Shown: piece by piece, positions 1-6,743 of the stretch
Layout of the letters: each line of letters begins with the position of its first letter
How positions within the stretch are numbered: the stretch's first letter is position 1
Origin: Candidatus Omnitrophota bacterium
GTDB lineage: Bacteria > Omnitrophota > Gorgyraeia > Zapsychrales > Fredricksoniimonadaceae
Direction: 5' to 3'
Assembly (NCBI GenBank): GCA_023247575.1
Contig: JAHFGE010000005.1
Coordinates: forward strand, 1-32,717
Length of the DNA: 32,717 nucleotides
Translations under genes and position numbers: made by a program
Notes under the pieces: model-generated
Database searches by the model: none
The model's input: only the letters and a program-made list of their open reading frames with translations
Told to the model about the DNA's origin: nothing

Positions 1-855
1 CCGGACCTGGTAGCGCATTATAAGAAATTGAAAGAAATGGCGGAGGTATTGAAAAAGCTAGCGGATGATACGTTGGCTTTTTCATCCCGGGCGGCCGCCA
101 ATGCCCCCGACGCGGCGATGTCCGCCAGCAACAAAGTTTCTGGCGAGATCTTGCCAATTGGTCAAAGACCAATTGGCGGAACGGCGACGAAGGGTACTGG
201 TGAGGAAAAAATTTTTAACCTTAGGGATCTGCCAAGCAGGGAGACTCCTCAATTTACAGAGGCGCAAGAGGCAGTCAGGCAATCTTTAGGGGATCTCCCC
301 CGGTTGGGAATGACTGTTCGCTTGGAGCAAGCCCTTAACAACTTGGGTTGGGAACTAAATCCGAGGAACCCAGGAAGAAAGGCAAGTATTGAGGCCCTGC
401 AAAGCGCTAGGCCAGGGGATGTTATTTTATCTTCTACAACAAGTGAAGGAACATTAAGTAAGGGTGATGCTGAAGATAGGGTAACGGACACCTCTATTGT
501 TTATGTGGCATCTTCAGCGGTCACGGAGAGACGCATTTTTGTTTTAGTTGAGAGCCCCAAAAATCCTACAGCGGCGCCGATGCCATGGGAGCGTGGTAAT
601 CGTGCCCCGGCGAGTGATAAGATTATGAAAGGTGGTATCGACTTCAATAGCCGCAACATGCAGATGGATGTTAATCCTTCGATCACACTCAGGATTAACC
701 CTGAGCGAAGTCGAAGGGTTAATGGCGAGAAGATTGATATCCGTTTTGACCCAGCCATGGTTGAGCAGTTCAAACGCGGCGATTTCACCGGCGTGCGGCC
801 GGTGATCCTCAACATCACGCCGATTCCAAGCCTATATTTTTTATTTGACATTTAA
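1..855 (+). CDS. Hypothetical protein, 5'-partial; C-terminal GGIDFN...FDPAM...PVILNITP domain
   Basis: Frame 1 is open from base 1 (PDLVAHYKKL...) through the TTG at 28 to TAA at 853-855, so the gene probably starts upstream of the window. GGIDFN is at 631-648. No enzyme motif recognised. Confidence 0.75.
   Translation, partial: PDLVAHYKKLKEMAEVLKKLADDTLAFSSRAAANAPDAAMSASNKVSGEILPIGQRPIGGTATKGTGEEKIFNLRDLPSRETPQFTEAQEAVRQSLGDLPRLGMTVRLEQALNNLGWELNPRNPGRKASIEALQSARPGDVILSSTTSEGTLSKGDAEDRVTDTSIVYVASSAVTERRIFVLVESPKNPTAAPMPWERGNRAPASDKIMKGGIDFNSRNMQMDVNPSITLRINPERSRRVNGEKIDIRFDPAMVEQFKRGDFTGVRPVILNITPIPSLYFLFDI
151..179. repeat. Intragenic palindrome (CCGCC/GGCGG-like family)
   Basis: gccaattggtc (153-163) - aaa - gaccaattggc (167-177), a perfect 11-bp inverted repeat extendable by two G.T pairs; encodes LPIGQRPIG. 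Confidence 0.7.
670..723. repeat. Double-hairpin element, copy 1 (in-frame intragenic insertion)
   Basis: gttaat-cct-tcgatcacactc-agg-attaac-cct-gagcgaagtcga-agg-gttaat; gttaat direct repeat at 670-675 and 718-723 (48 bp apart), its reverse complement attaac at 694-699. Confidence 0.85.
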
Positions 856-872
856 CCCTTTTTTGCCATAAT
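845..872 (+). promoter_or_regulatory. Sigma70-like promoter for rpsA-tyrS
   Basis: TTGACA 845-850, 16-bp spacer, TGn plus CATAAT 867-872; 80 bp upstream of rpsA ATG; overlaps the last codons of the upstream ORF. Confidence 0.6.
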
Positions 873-893
873 GGCCGCTTATCCCTACCGCTT

Positions 894-913
894 TGCCCCG
901 CCCTGGCGGGGCA
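894..913. repeat. GC-rich hairpin in rpsA leader (CCGCC/GGCGG family)
   Basis: tgccccgcc-ct-ggcggggca, 9-bp inverted repeat, no U-tract. Confidence 0.6.
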
Positions 914-952
914 GTGGGGAAATTCCAATCGAAAGAAAAGAGGATTAAATAA

Positions 953-2497
953 ATGAGTACTGAAAAATCAATGATGGAGGAGCTCTATGAGAGCACCCTT
1001 AAAGATATTAAGGAAGGAGAGATTATCAAAGGCACGATCGCCGCGGTGACCCCTAAAGAAGTCATCGTTGACATCGGGTTTAAGTCCGAAGGTTTTGTTC
1101 CCATTGAGGAATTCCGCAATCCTGTCGAACTGACCGTCGGCAGTCAGATCGAAGTTCTCATTGAAAATATTGAAGATGACAATGGCCGCCTGATTCTTTC
1201 TTATGGCAAGGCTGAGCGCCTGAAAGGCTGGCAGAAAATTTCCGATGATATCAATGAAGGTGATGTTGTCGATGGCCGCGTGGTGCGCTCCGTCAAAGGC
1301 GGCTATATTGTCGATGTATTTGGCATTGAAGCTTTCCTGCCCATGTCCCTTTCCGCCTTTAAGGGCGTTTCCAACCACGATATGACCACCAAGACTTTTA
1401 AGTTTGTCGTTGCCAAGATGAACAAGCAAAGACGCAACATCATCCTTTCCCGTCGGGAAATGGTGCAGAAAGAACGTGAAGAGGTGCGCGAAAAGCTTTG
1501 GAGCGAAATCAAGAAAGGCCAGAAGCGTAAAGGCATTGTCAAAGGCATTACCGATTTCGGTGTCTTTATTGATTTAGGCGGTATCGACGGTCTTTTGCAT
1601 ATTACGGACATGAGCTGGAGCCGCATTAACCATCCTTCCGAAATCGTCTCCGTCGGCCAAAAGCTTGAAGTGTTGATCCTGGATTTTGACAAAGAGAATT
1701 CCAAAGTTTCTTTGGGGTTAAAACAGATTGTGGCCAATCCCTGGGATGAGGCCGCCACCAAATATCCGGCCGGAAGCCGCATCCAGGGCAAGATCGTCAA
1801 CATCATGCCTTATGGTGTATTTGTGGAGATTGACAAAGGCATTGAAGGCCTTTTGCATGCCTCGGAAATCAGCTGGCAAAAAAAGATGGTTAATCCCCAG
1901 GAAATGTTTGAATTAGGCGATATGATTGAAGTGCAAATTATCAATGTGGACAAGGATGCCAAGCGCATTTCATTGAGCATGAAACAGCTGGAAGAGAACC
2001 CCTGGCGTACAGCCGCCCAAAAATTTAATGTAGGCGATAAAGTCAAAGGGATTGTGCGTGGCTTTACCGATTACGGTGCTTTCGTCGAACTAGAAGGCGG
2101 TTTAGAGGGCATGATCCATGTTTCCGATATATCCTGGACCAGGAAAATCAACCATCCTCAGGAAGTCTTGCATAAAGGCCAAGGGGTGGAGGTGATGGTC
2201 CAGGGGGTCGATGTAGAAAACCGTAAAATTACATTGGGCTTAAAGCAATTGCAGCCAAATCCATGGAATGACATTGCCCAGAAATTTCCGATAGGTTCCC
2301 TCGTCACTGCGGAAGTTGTGATGAATTCCAACTTTGGCGTATTTGTCAAATTAGAAGGGGATATTGAAGCCCTGGTCTATTCTTCCGAAATCGACAAACA
2401 ACAGGCTGCTGCTTTAAAACCTGGCGATCAACTGCAGGTGAAAGTCATTAAAGTTGACGTCGAAGGTATGAAAATCGGCGTTTCGGCGAGGTTGTAG
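953..2497 (+). CDS. rpsA: 30S ribosomal protein S1
   Basis: 514 aa; repeated S1 domains (VDIGFKSEG, DFGVFIDLGGIDGLLHITDMSW, IEGLLHASEISW, LEGMIHVSDISW); GAGGA SD upstream. Confidence 0.97.
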   Translation: MSTEKSMMEELYESTLKDIKEGEIIKGTIAAVTPKEVIVDIGFKSEGFVPIEEFRNPVELTVGSQIEVLIENIEDDNGRLILSYGKAERLKGWQKISDDINEGDVVDGRVVRSVKGGYIVDVFGIEAFLPMSLSAFKGVSNHDMTTKTFKFVVAKMNKQRRNIILSRREMVQKEREEVREKLWSEIKKGQKRKGIVKGITDFGVFIDLGGIDGLLHITDMSWSRINHPSEIVSVGQKLEVLILDFDKENSKVSLGLKQIVANPWDEAATKYPAGSRIQGKIVNIMPYGVFVEIDKGIEGLLHASEISWQKKMVNPQEMFELGDMIEVQIINVDKDAKRISLSMKQLEENPWRTAAQKFNVGDKVKGIVRGFTDYGAFVELEGGLEGMIHVSDISWTRKINHPQEVLHKGQGVEVMVQGVDVENRKITLGLKQLQPNPWNDIAQKFPIGSLVTAEVVMNSNFGVFVKLEGDIEALVYSSEIDKQQAAALKPGDQLQVKVIKVDVEGMKIGVSARL

Positions 2498-2506
2498 TTT
2501 TAAATC

Positions 2507-3655
2507 ATGTCCATCCCGGAAATGATCCAAAAACTGTCCTGTGGTGCCACCGAAATCATTCATAGCGATGATTTAGCCAAAAAGCTGGCTCTTAAGCGTC
2601 CGTTGGTTGTTAAGGCTGGTTTCGATCCCACCGCACCGGATATTCACTTAGGGCATGTGGTTTTGCTTAAGAAAATGCGGCAATTTCAAGACTTTGGTCA
2701 CAAAGTTGTCTTTTTAATTGGAGACTTTACGGCCCAGGTCGGAGACCCCTCCGGCCGCAATGAATTACGCAAGAGAATGTCGCCCCAGGAGATTGAACAA
2801 AACGCCAAAACCTATAAGGCCCAAGTTTTTAAAATTTTAGATTCCCAAAAAATCGAAGTCGTTTTCAACAGCCATTGGTTAAATAAGCTTAGCCCTCAGG
2901 ACCTGCTCGAGCTAAGCGCTCATTTGACCGTAGCCCAAATGCTGGCCCGCGCCGATTTCAAGAAACGTTTTGAATCCGGACGGGAAATTAGTTTATTGGA
3001 ATTCATTTATCCGCTTTTGCAGGGGTATGATTCCGTGCACTTGAAAGCCGACGTGGAATTAGGCGGCACTGATCAGAAGTTTAATTTACTGATGGGCCGT
3101 CAATTGCAGGAAAGTTATGGACAGCCGCCACAGGTGGTTGTGATGACACCGTTACTGGAAGGTACTGACGGAGTGCAGAAGATGAGCAAGTCGCTGGGCA
3201 ATGATATCGGCATTAATGAAGCGCCCAATGAGATCTTTGGCAAGGTCATGTCCATCAGCGATGAATTGATGTTTCGTTATTATGAACTTTTGACTGATAT
3301 GGATTTGGCCGTAGTGAAAAAGCTCCATCCTAAAGAAGCAAAGCTGCAGTTAGCCCAGGCTATGGTGGAAATGTTCCACACAAAAGCCCAAGGGCCAAAG
3401 GCACGCGAACATTTTGAACACACCTTCAGCCAGCATCAACTGCCGCAGGACATTCCTGAATATCAAATCCATCCCGGCCAAAAATTGCCGGACATTCTCA
3501 TGGCAGCCAAAGTGGTGCTTTCCAAGAATGATGCCCGCCGCTTGCTTCAAGAGAAGGCCATCACCTTTCAGGATACAGTCCTTATGGATGAACACTGGTT
3601 TCCTCAGCCAGGCATCCTCAAAATCGGCAAACGCCGTTTTTTGCGATTAAAATAA
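2507..3655 (+). CDS. tyrS: Tyrosine--tRNA ligase
   Basis: GFDPTAPDIHLGH (HIGH), YPLLQGYD, ELGGTDQKFN, KMSKS and a C-terminal S4-like tail ending IGKRRF. Confidence 0.97.
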   Translation: MSIPEMIQKLSCGATEIIHSDDLAKKLALKRPLVVKAGFDPTAPDIHLGHVVLLKKMRQFQDFGHKVVFLIGDFTAQVGDPSGRNELRKRMSPQEIEQNAKTYKAQVFKILDSQKIEVVFNSHWLNKLSPQDLLELSAHLTVAQMLARADFKKRFESGREISLLEFIYPLLQGYDSVHLKADVELGGTDQKFNLLMGRQLQESYGQPPQVVVMTPLLEGTDGVQKMSKSLGNDIGINEAPNEIFGKVMSISDELMFRYYELLTDMDLAVVKKLHPKEAKLQLAQAMVEMFHTKAQGPKAREHFEHTFSQHQLPQDIPEYQIHPGQKLPDILMAAKVVLSKNDARRLLQEKAITFQDTVLMDEHWFPQPGILKIGKRRFLRLK

Positions 3656-3677
3656 AATTAAAAGTTAAAATTATTTC

Positions 3678-3706
3678 TTGACATTATTTTTGGTGACGCA
3701 TATACT
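3678..3706 (+). promoter_or_regulatory. Strong sigma70 promoter for the tRNA-Thr-rpmG-secE-nusG cluster
   Basis: TTGACA 3678-3683, 17-bp spacer, TATACT 3701-3706; A/T-rich UP-like tract immediately upstream. Confidence 0.8.
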
Positions 3707-3759
3707 TCTGGTTCATTTAAAAAGGCTGCAGGCGGCCTAAAGCTTGTGGGAAAGCAAAA

Positions 3760-3814
3760 TTGAATACATTCATTACACTCAGTATTCAACCCTGAGTGTA
3801 ATCGAAGGGTTGAA
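3760..3814. repeat. Double-hairpin element, copy 2 (tRNA-Thr leader)
   Basis: ttgaa-tac-attcattacactca-gta-ttcaa-ccct-gagtgtaatcga-aggg-ttgaa; ttgaa at 3760-3764 and 3810-3814, ttcaa at 3785-3789. Confidence 0.85.
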
Positions 3815-3819
3815 CCACT

Positions 3820-3892
3820 GCCCCTGTAGCTCAGTTGGTAGAGCACGTCCTTGGTAAGGACGAGGCCAGCGGTTCAATCCCGCTCGGGGGCT
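3820..3892 (+). tRNA. tRNA-Thr(GGT)
   Basis: Cloverleaf: acceptor gcccctg/cgggggc, D arm gctc/gagc, anticodon arm cgtcc-ttGGTaa-ggacg, T arm agcgg-ttcaatc-ccgct; CCA not encoded. Confidence 0.96.
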
Positions 3893-3918
3893 TAAGGCTT
3901 AAAAAATCTCTTCTGTGA

Positions 3919-3941
3919 CTCCGCCACGATGTATGGCGGAG
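3919..3941. repeat. Hairpin between tRNA-Thr and rpmG (CCGCC/GGCGG family)
   Basis: ctccgcca-cgatgta-tggcggag, 8-bp stem, followed by gagcgcgaa rather than a U-tract. Confidence 0.6.
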
Positions 3942-3964
3942 GAGCGCGAAAGTTAAGAAACGTT

Positions 3965-4117
3965 ATGCGCGAGACAATTCATTTTCAGTGCACCGAGTGT
4001 CATCGTATCAATTATAACAGTACTAAAGATAAAAGAAAAAATCCGGAACGTCTGGAATTAAAAAAATTCTGTCCGTTTTGCCGTAAACACACCATCCACA
4101 AAGAGACGAAGAAGTGA
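3965..4117 (+). CDS. rpmG: 50S ribosomal protein L33 (Zn-ribbon, C+ type)
   Basis: [12 protein letters not shown]...NY...[19 protein letters not shown]; start moved from 3929 to ATG 3965 to match family length (50 aa). Confidence 0.95.
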   Translation: MRETIHFQCTECHRINYNSTKDKRKNPERLELKKFCPFCRKHTIHKETKK

Positions 4118-4144
4118 AGGCCTTAAAATAACGCAGGAGTTCAT

Positions 4145-4218
4145 AGGCCTGTAGCTCCAATTGGTAGAGCGACGGTCTCCAAAACCGTGCGTTGCAGGTT
4201 CGAGTCCTGCCAGGCCTG
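4145..4218 (+). tRNA. tRNA-Trp(CCA)
   Basis: Acceptor aggcctg/caggcct, anticodon arm acggt-ctCCAaa-accgt, T arm gcagg-ttcgagt-cctgc; usual position between rpmG and secE; 3' CCA not encoded. Confidence 0.96.
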
Positions 4219-4275
4219 TTAATGAGATCCAAACTTATGGAGCGAAACGAACATAAGTTTGGAGAGCGAATTAAC
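4218..4275. repeat. Nested hairpin with GAGCGAA loop directly after tRNA-Trp
   Basis: Inner 12-bp stem tccaaacttatg (4228-4239)/cataagtttgga (4252-4263), loop gagcgaaacgaa; outer stem gttaat (4218-4223)/attaac (4270-4275). Confidence 0.75.
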
Positions 4276-4301
4276 CCCGCCAACTGCGGGATATTCATTA
4301 C

Positions 4302-4487
4302 ATGATTACTAAAGTTCAAAATTTTATTGGAGAAGTGCTAGCGGAGATGAAAAAAGTCTCCTGGGTCACCCGTCAAGACCTGATTGATTCGGCATTAATT
4401 GTGGTGGTCAGTTCTCTATTATTAGGTTTGTTTTTAGCCGTCGTCGACTTTGTTCTTTCCAAAGGTATCGCCCATTTAATAAGGTAA
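4302..4487 (+). CDS. secE: Preprotein translocase subunit SecE
   Basis: 61 aa, EMKKVSW motif followed by one hydrophobic segment; upstream of nusG. Confidence 0.95.
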   Translation: MITKVQNFIGEVLAEMKKVSWVTRQDLIDSALIVVVSSLLLGLFLAVVDFVLSKGIAHLIR

Positions 4488-4494
4488 AGAATTT

Positions 4495-4568
4495 ATGACC
4501 CATTCGACTTCGCTCAGGGTCATCCTGAGCGAACAACGAATAAATTAAGGAAGTGAGTCGAAGGATGA
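4495..4568. repeat. Double-hairpin element, copy 3 (overlaps nusG start)
   Basis: atgaccc-attcgacttcgctca-gggtcat (4495-4523), then tcatcct (4520-4526) pairing with aggatga (4562-4568) around an expanded loop gagcgaa...gagtcga. Confidence 0.8.
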
Positions 4569-5089
4569 AATGGTATGTTGTGCATACACAAACAGGTGCG
4601 GAGGAAAGGGCCAGGGCAGGCTTGGAAAGTCGTATGGCTACAACGCCCTTAAAGCAATACGTGCAAGAAGTTGTTGTCCCAACGGAGCAGGTTTCTGAGG
4701 TGCGCGGTGGGAAAAAACGGATCACCACCCGTAAGTTTTTTCCGGGGTATCTTTTAATTAAGATGGAGATGAATAAAGAAAGCTGGTATCTGGTCAAGAC
4801 CACTCCGGGGATTACTGGTTTTATCGGTCCAGGGCGTCAGCCTCAACCCCTGACGGATGCAGAGGTCGACAATATCTTGAAGCGTACGGAAGAGACGGGT
4901 ACAAAGCCTTCTCCTAAGATTGTGTTCGAAGTAGGAGAGGCTGTTCGTATCGCGCAAGGGCCATTTGCGAATTTTAGCGGTTCGGTCATGGAAGTGTATC
5001 CTGAACGTGGAAAATTAAAGGTTAGCGTATCGATTTTCGGTCGTTCGACGCTGGTTGAACTGGAGTATTGGCAGGTAGAAAAAATTTAA
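4565..5089 (+). CDS. nusG: Transcription termination/antitermination factor NusG
   Basis: KWYVVHT, FFPGYLL, TPGITGF, KOW domain GPFANFSG, IFGRST. ATG 4565 preferred; in-frame GTG 4553 is the alternative. Confidence 0.96.
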   Translation: MKWYVVHTQTGAEERARAGLESRMATTPLKQYVQEVVVPTEQVSEVRGGKKRITTRKFFPGYLLIKMEMNKESWYLVKTTPGITGFIGPGRQPQPLTDAEVDNILKRTEETGTKPSPKIVFEVGEAVRIAQGPFANFSGSVMEVYPERGKLKVSVSIFGRSTLVELEYWQVEKI

Positions 5090-5101
5090 GGAAGAATTAA
5101 T

Positions 5102-5527
5102 ATGGCTAAAGAAGTTGTCGCTCAAATCAAACTTTATGTTCCTGCTGGTCAAGCAAATCCAGCTCCTCCGGTTGGCCCTGCTTTAGGTCAACATGGGGTG
5201 AATATCATGATGTTCTGCAAAGCTTTTAATGATAAAACCAAAGGCAAAGAGGCTCTACCTTTACCGGTTATTATCTCCGTTTACAAGGACAAATCTTTTG
5301 ATTTTGTGATTAAAACTCCGCCGAGTTCAGCTCTTATCAAGAAGGCAGCCAAACTGGCCAAAGCCTCTGGTACTGCGGGTAAGGAAGTTATTGGATCATT
5401 GACGATGAAACAGGTGGAAGAAATTGCCAAAATGAAAATGGATGATTTAAACACGGTTGATAGGCAGCAGGCGATAGCCACTATTGCTGGAACAGCCCGT
5501 AGTATGGGAATTGAAATAAAGGGATAA
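5102..5527 (+). CDS. rplK: 50S ribosomal protein L11
   Basis: [27 protein letters not shown]. Confidence 0.98.
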   Translation: MAKEVVAQIKLYVPAGQANPAPPVGPALGQHGVNIMMFCKAFNDKTKGKEALPLPVIISVYKDKSFDFVIKTPPSSALIKKAAKLAKASGTAGKEVIGSLTMKQVEEIAKMKMDDLNTVDRQQAIATIAGTARSMGIEIKG

Positions 5528-5537
5528 GGATTAGAAT

Positions 5538-6221
5538 ATGTCACGAATAAGCAAACGGATGAAACAAGTTAACCGTCTGGTGGAAGAAATCAAAAGCCCA
5601 CTTCCTTTAAGTGAAGCTATTTTCTATTTGTCCAAAGCCCCCAAAGTCAAATTCGATGAGACAGTAGAAATGCATTTTAATCTCAATGTGGATTTAAATG
5701 CTTCTGATCAGGGTGTACGCGGAACCGTTATCCTGCCCCATGGGACTGGTAAATCGGTGAGAGTAGCCGTATTTTGTAAGGGGGATGCCGTTGCCAAAGC
5801 TCAAGCTGCTGGTGCCGATTACATCGGTAGTAATGATTTAATTGACAAAGTTGTCGGTGGTTTTATGGATTTTGATGTGGTTGTTGCCACCCCTGACATG
5901 ATGCGTGATATTAGCAAGTTGGGTAAGGTTTTAGGCCCCCGCGGGCTTATGCCTACTCCCAAAGCGGGTACCGTCACCATGGAGGTGGATCGTGCTATTA
6001 AGGAAGTCAAAGCTGGTCGCATCGAATTTAAATCCGATAAACAAGGTGGAATTCATTTAGGTATTGGTAAAATATCTTTTACAGAAAATAAATTAGTAGA
6101 AAATGCCCAACAGGTGATCGAAGCGGTCAATCATGCCAAGCCATCGACGGTCAAGGGTAATCTGATTAAAAGTTTGTCTGTGGCAACTACCATGGGCCCA
6201 GGAGTCAAGGTGTCTATATGA
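5538..6221 (+). CDS. rplA: 50S ribosomal protein L1
   Basis: KFDETVE, LPHGTGK, LGPRGLMP, TTMGPG. Confidence 0.98.
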   Translation: MSRISKRMKQVNRLVEEIKSPLPLSEAIFYLSKAPKVKFDETVEMHFNLNVDLNASDQGVRGTVILPHGTGKSVRVAVFCKGDAVAKAQAAGADYIGSNDLIDKVVGGFMDFDVVVATPDMMRDISKLGKVLGPRGLMPTPKAGTVTMEVDRAIKEVKAGRIEFKSDKQGGIHLGIGKISFTENKLVENAQQVIEAVNHAKPSTVKGNLIKSLSVATTMGPGVKVSI

Positions 6222-6739
6222 AAGTGGGACAACTCTATCGCAAGCGCATAGCCGGTACCGTTCAGGACGGTGTTACCAAAAGAAGTAATACTTTTCTTGT
6301 GACTTGGAAGGCGATTTCTTCTTCTCAAATGGACTCTTTGCGCAAAAATTTGAAACGCAAGAAAGCCGATGTACTGGTTTCCAAAACTTCTATTGCCCGC
6401 CTGGCGCTTAAAAATTCTCAGTATGAAGAGTTAGCTAATCGTATTAACGGCCAAATGGCTTTTGTGTTCACTGAGGCCGATGCCTCTGAAATTTGCAAAG
6501 TTTTGGTTAAATTTGCCAAAGATTACGAAGGTTTTGTGGTGCAGGGAGGGTTGCTCAACGGAAGCCTTTTGACTCCTGAGCAAGTCAAGACTTTGTCTGA
6601 GTTACCATCGAGAGAAGTATTGTTAGCCACACTTCTTGGTACGTTCCTGGCGCCTATGTCTAATTTGGTGGGCGTTTTAAGCGCCACACCTCGTAATTTT
6701 TTATCAATTTTAAAACAGAAAAGTGAAAAGGGAGGGTAA
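6218..6739 (+). CDS. rplJ: 50S ribosomal protein L10
   Basis: 173 aa between rplA and rplL; [14 protein letters not shown] (KNTL-like), [14 protein letters not shown]; ATGA overlap with rplA. Confidence 0.92.
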   Translation: MKVGQLYRKRIAGTVQDGVTKRSNTFLVTWKAISSSQMDSLRKNLKRKKADVLVSKTSIARLALKNSQYEELANRINGQMAFVFTEADASEICKVLVKFAKDYEGFVVQGGLLNGSLLTPEQVKTLSELPSREVLLATLLGTFLAPMSNLVGVLSATPRNFLSILKQKSEKGG

Positions 6740-6743
6740 TGAG

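Noticed and set aside
701-716. Hammerhead ribozyme or K-turn reading of CTGAGCGAAGTCGAAG
   Set aside because: Lacks the CUGANGA/GAAA three-stem core, and the motif occurs in both orientations.
3658-3846. Minus-strand 62-aa ORF, and the similar 4023-4319 ORF
   Set aside because: They are antisense to tRNA genes and repeat elements; not credible proteins.
670-4568. CRISPR array interpretation of the repeated hairpins
   Set aside because: Copies are dispersed, non-identical and not regularly spaced; no cas genes are present.
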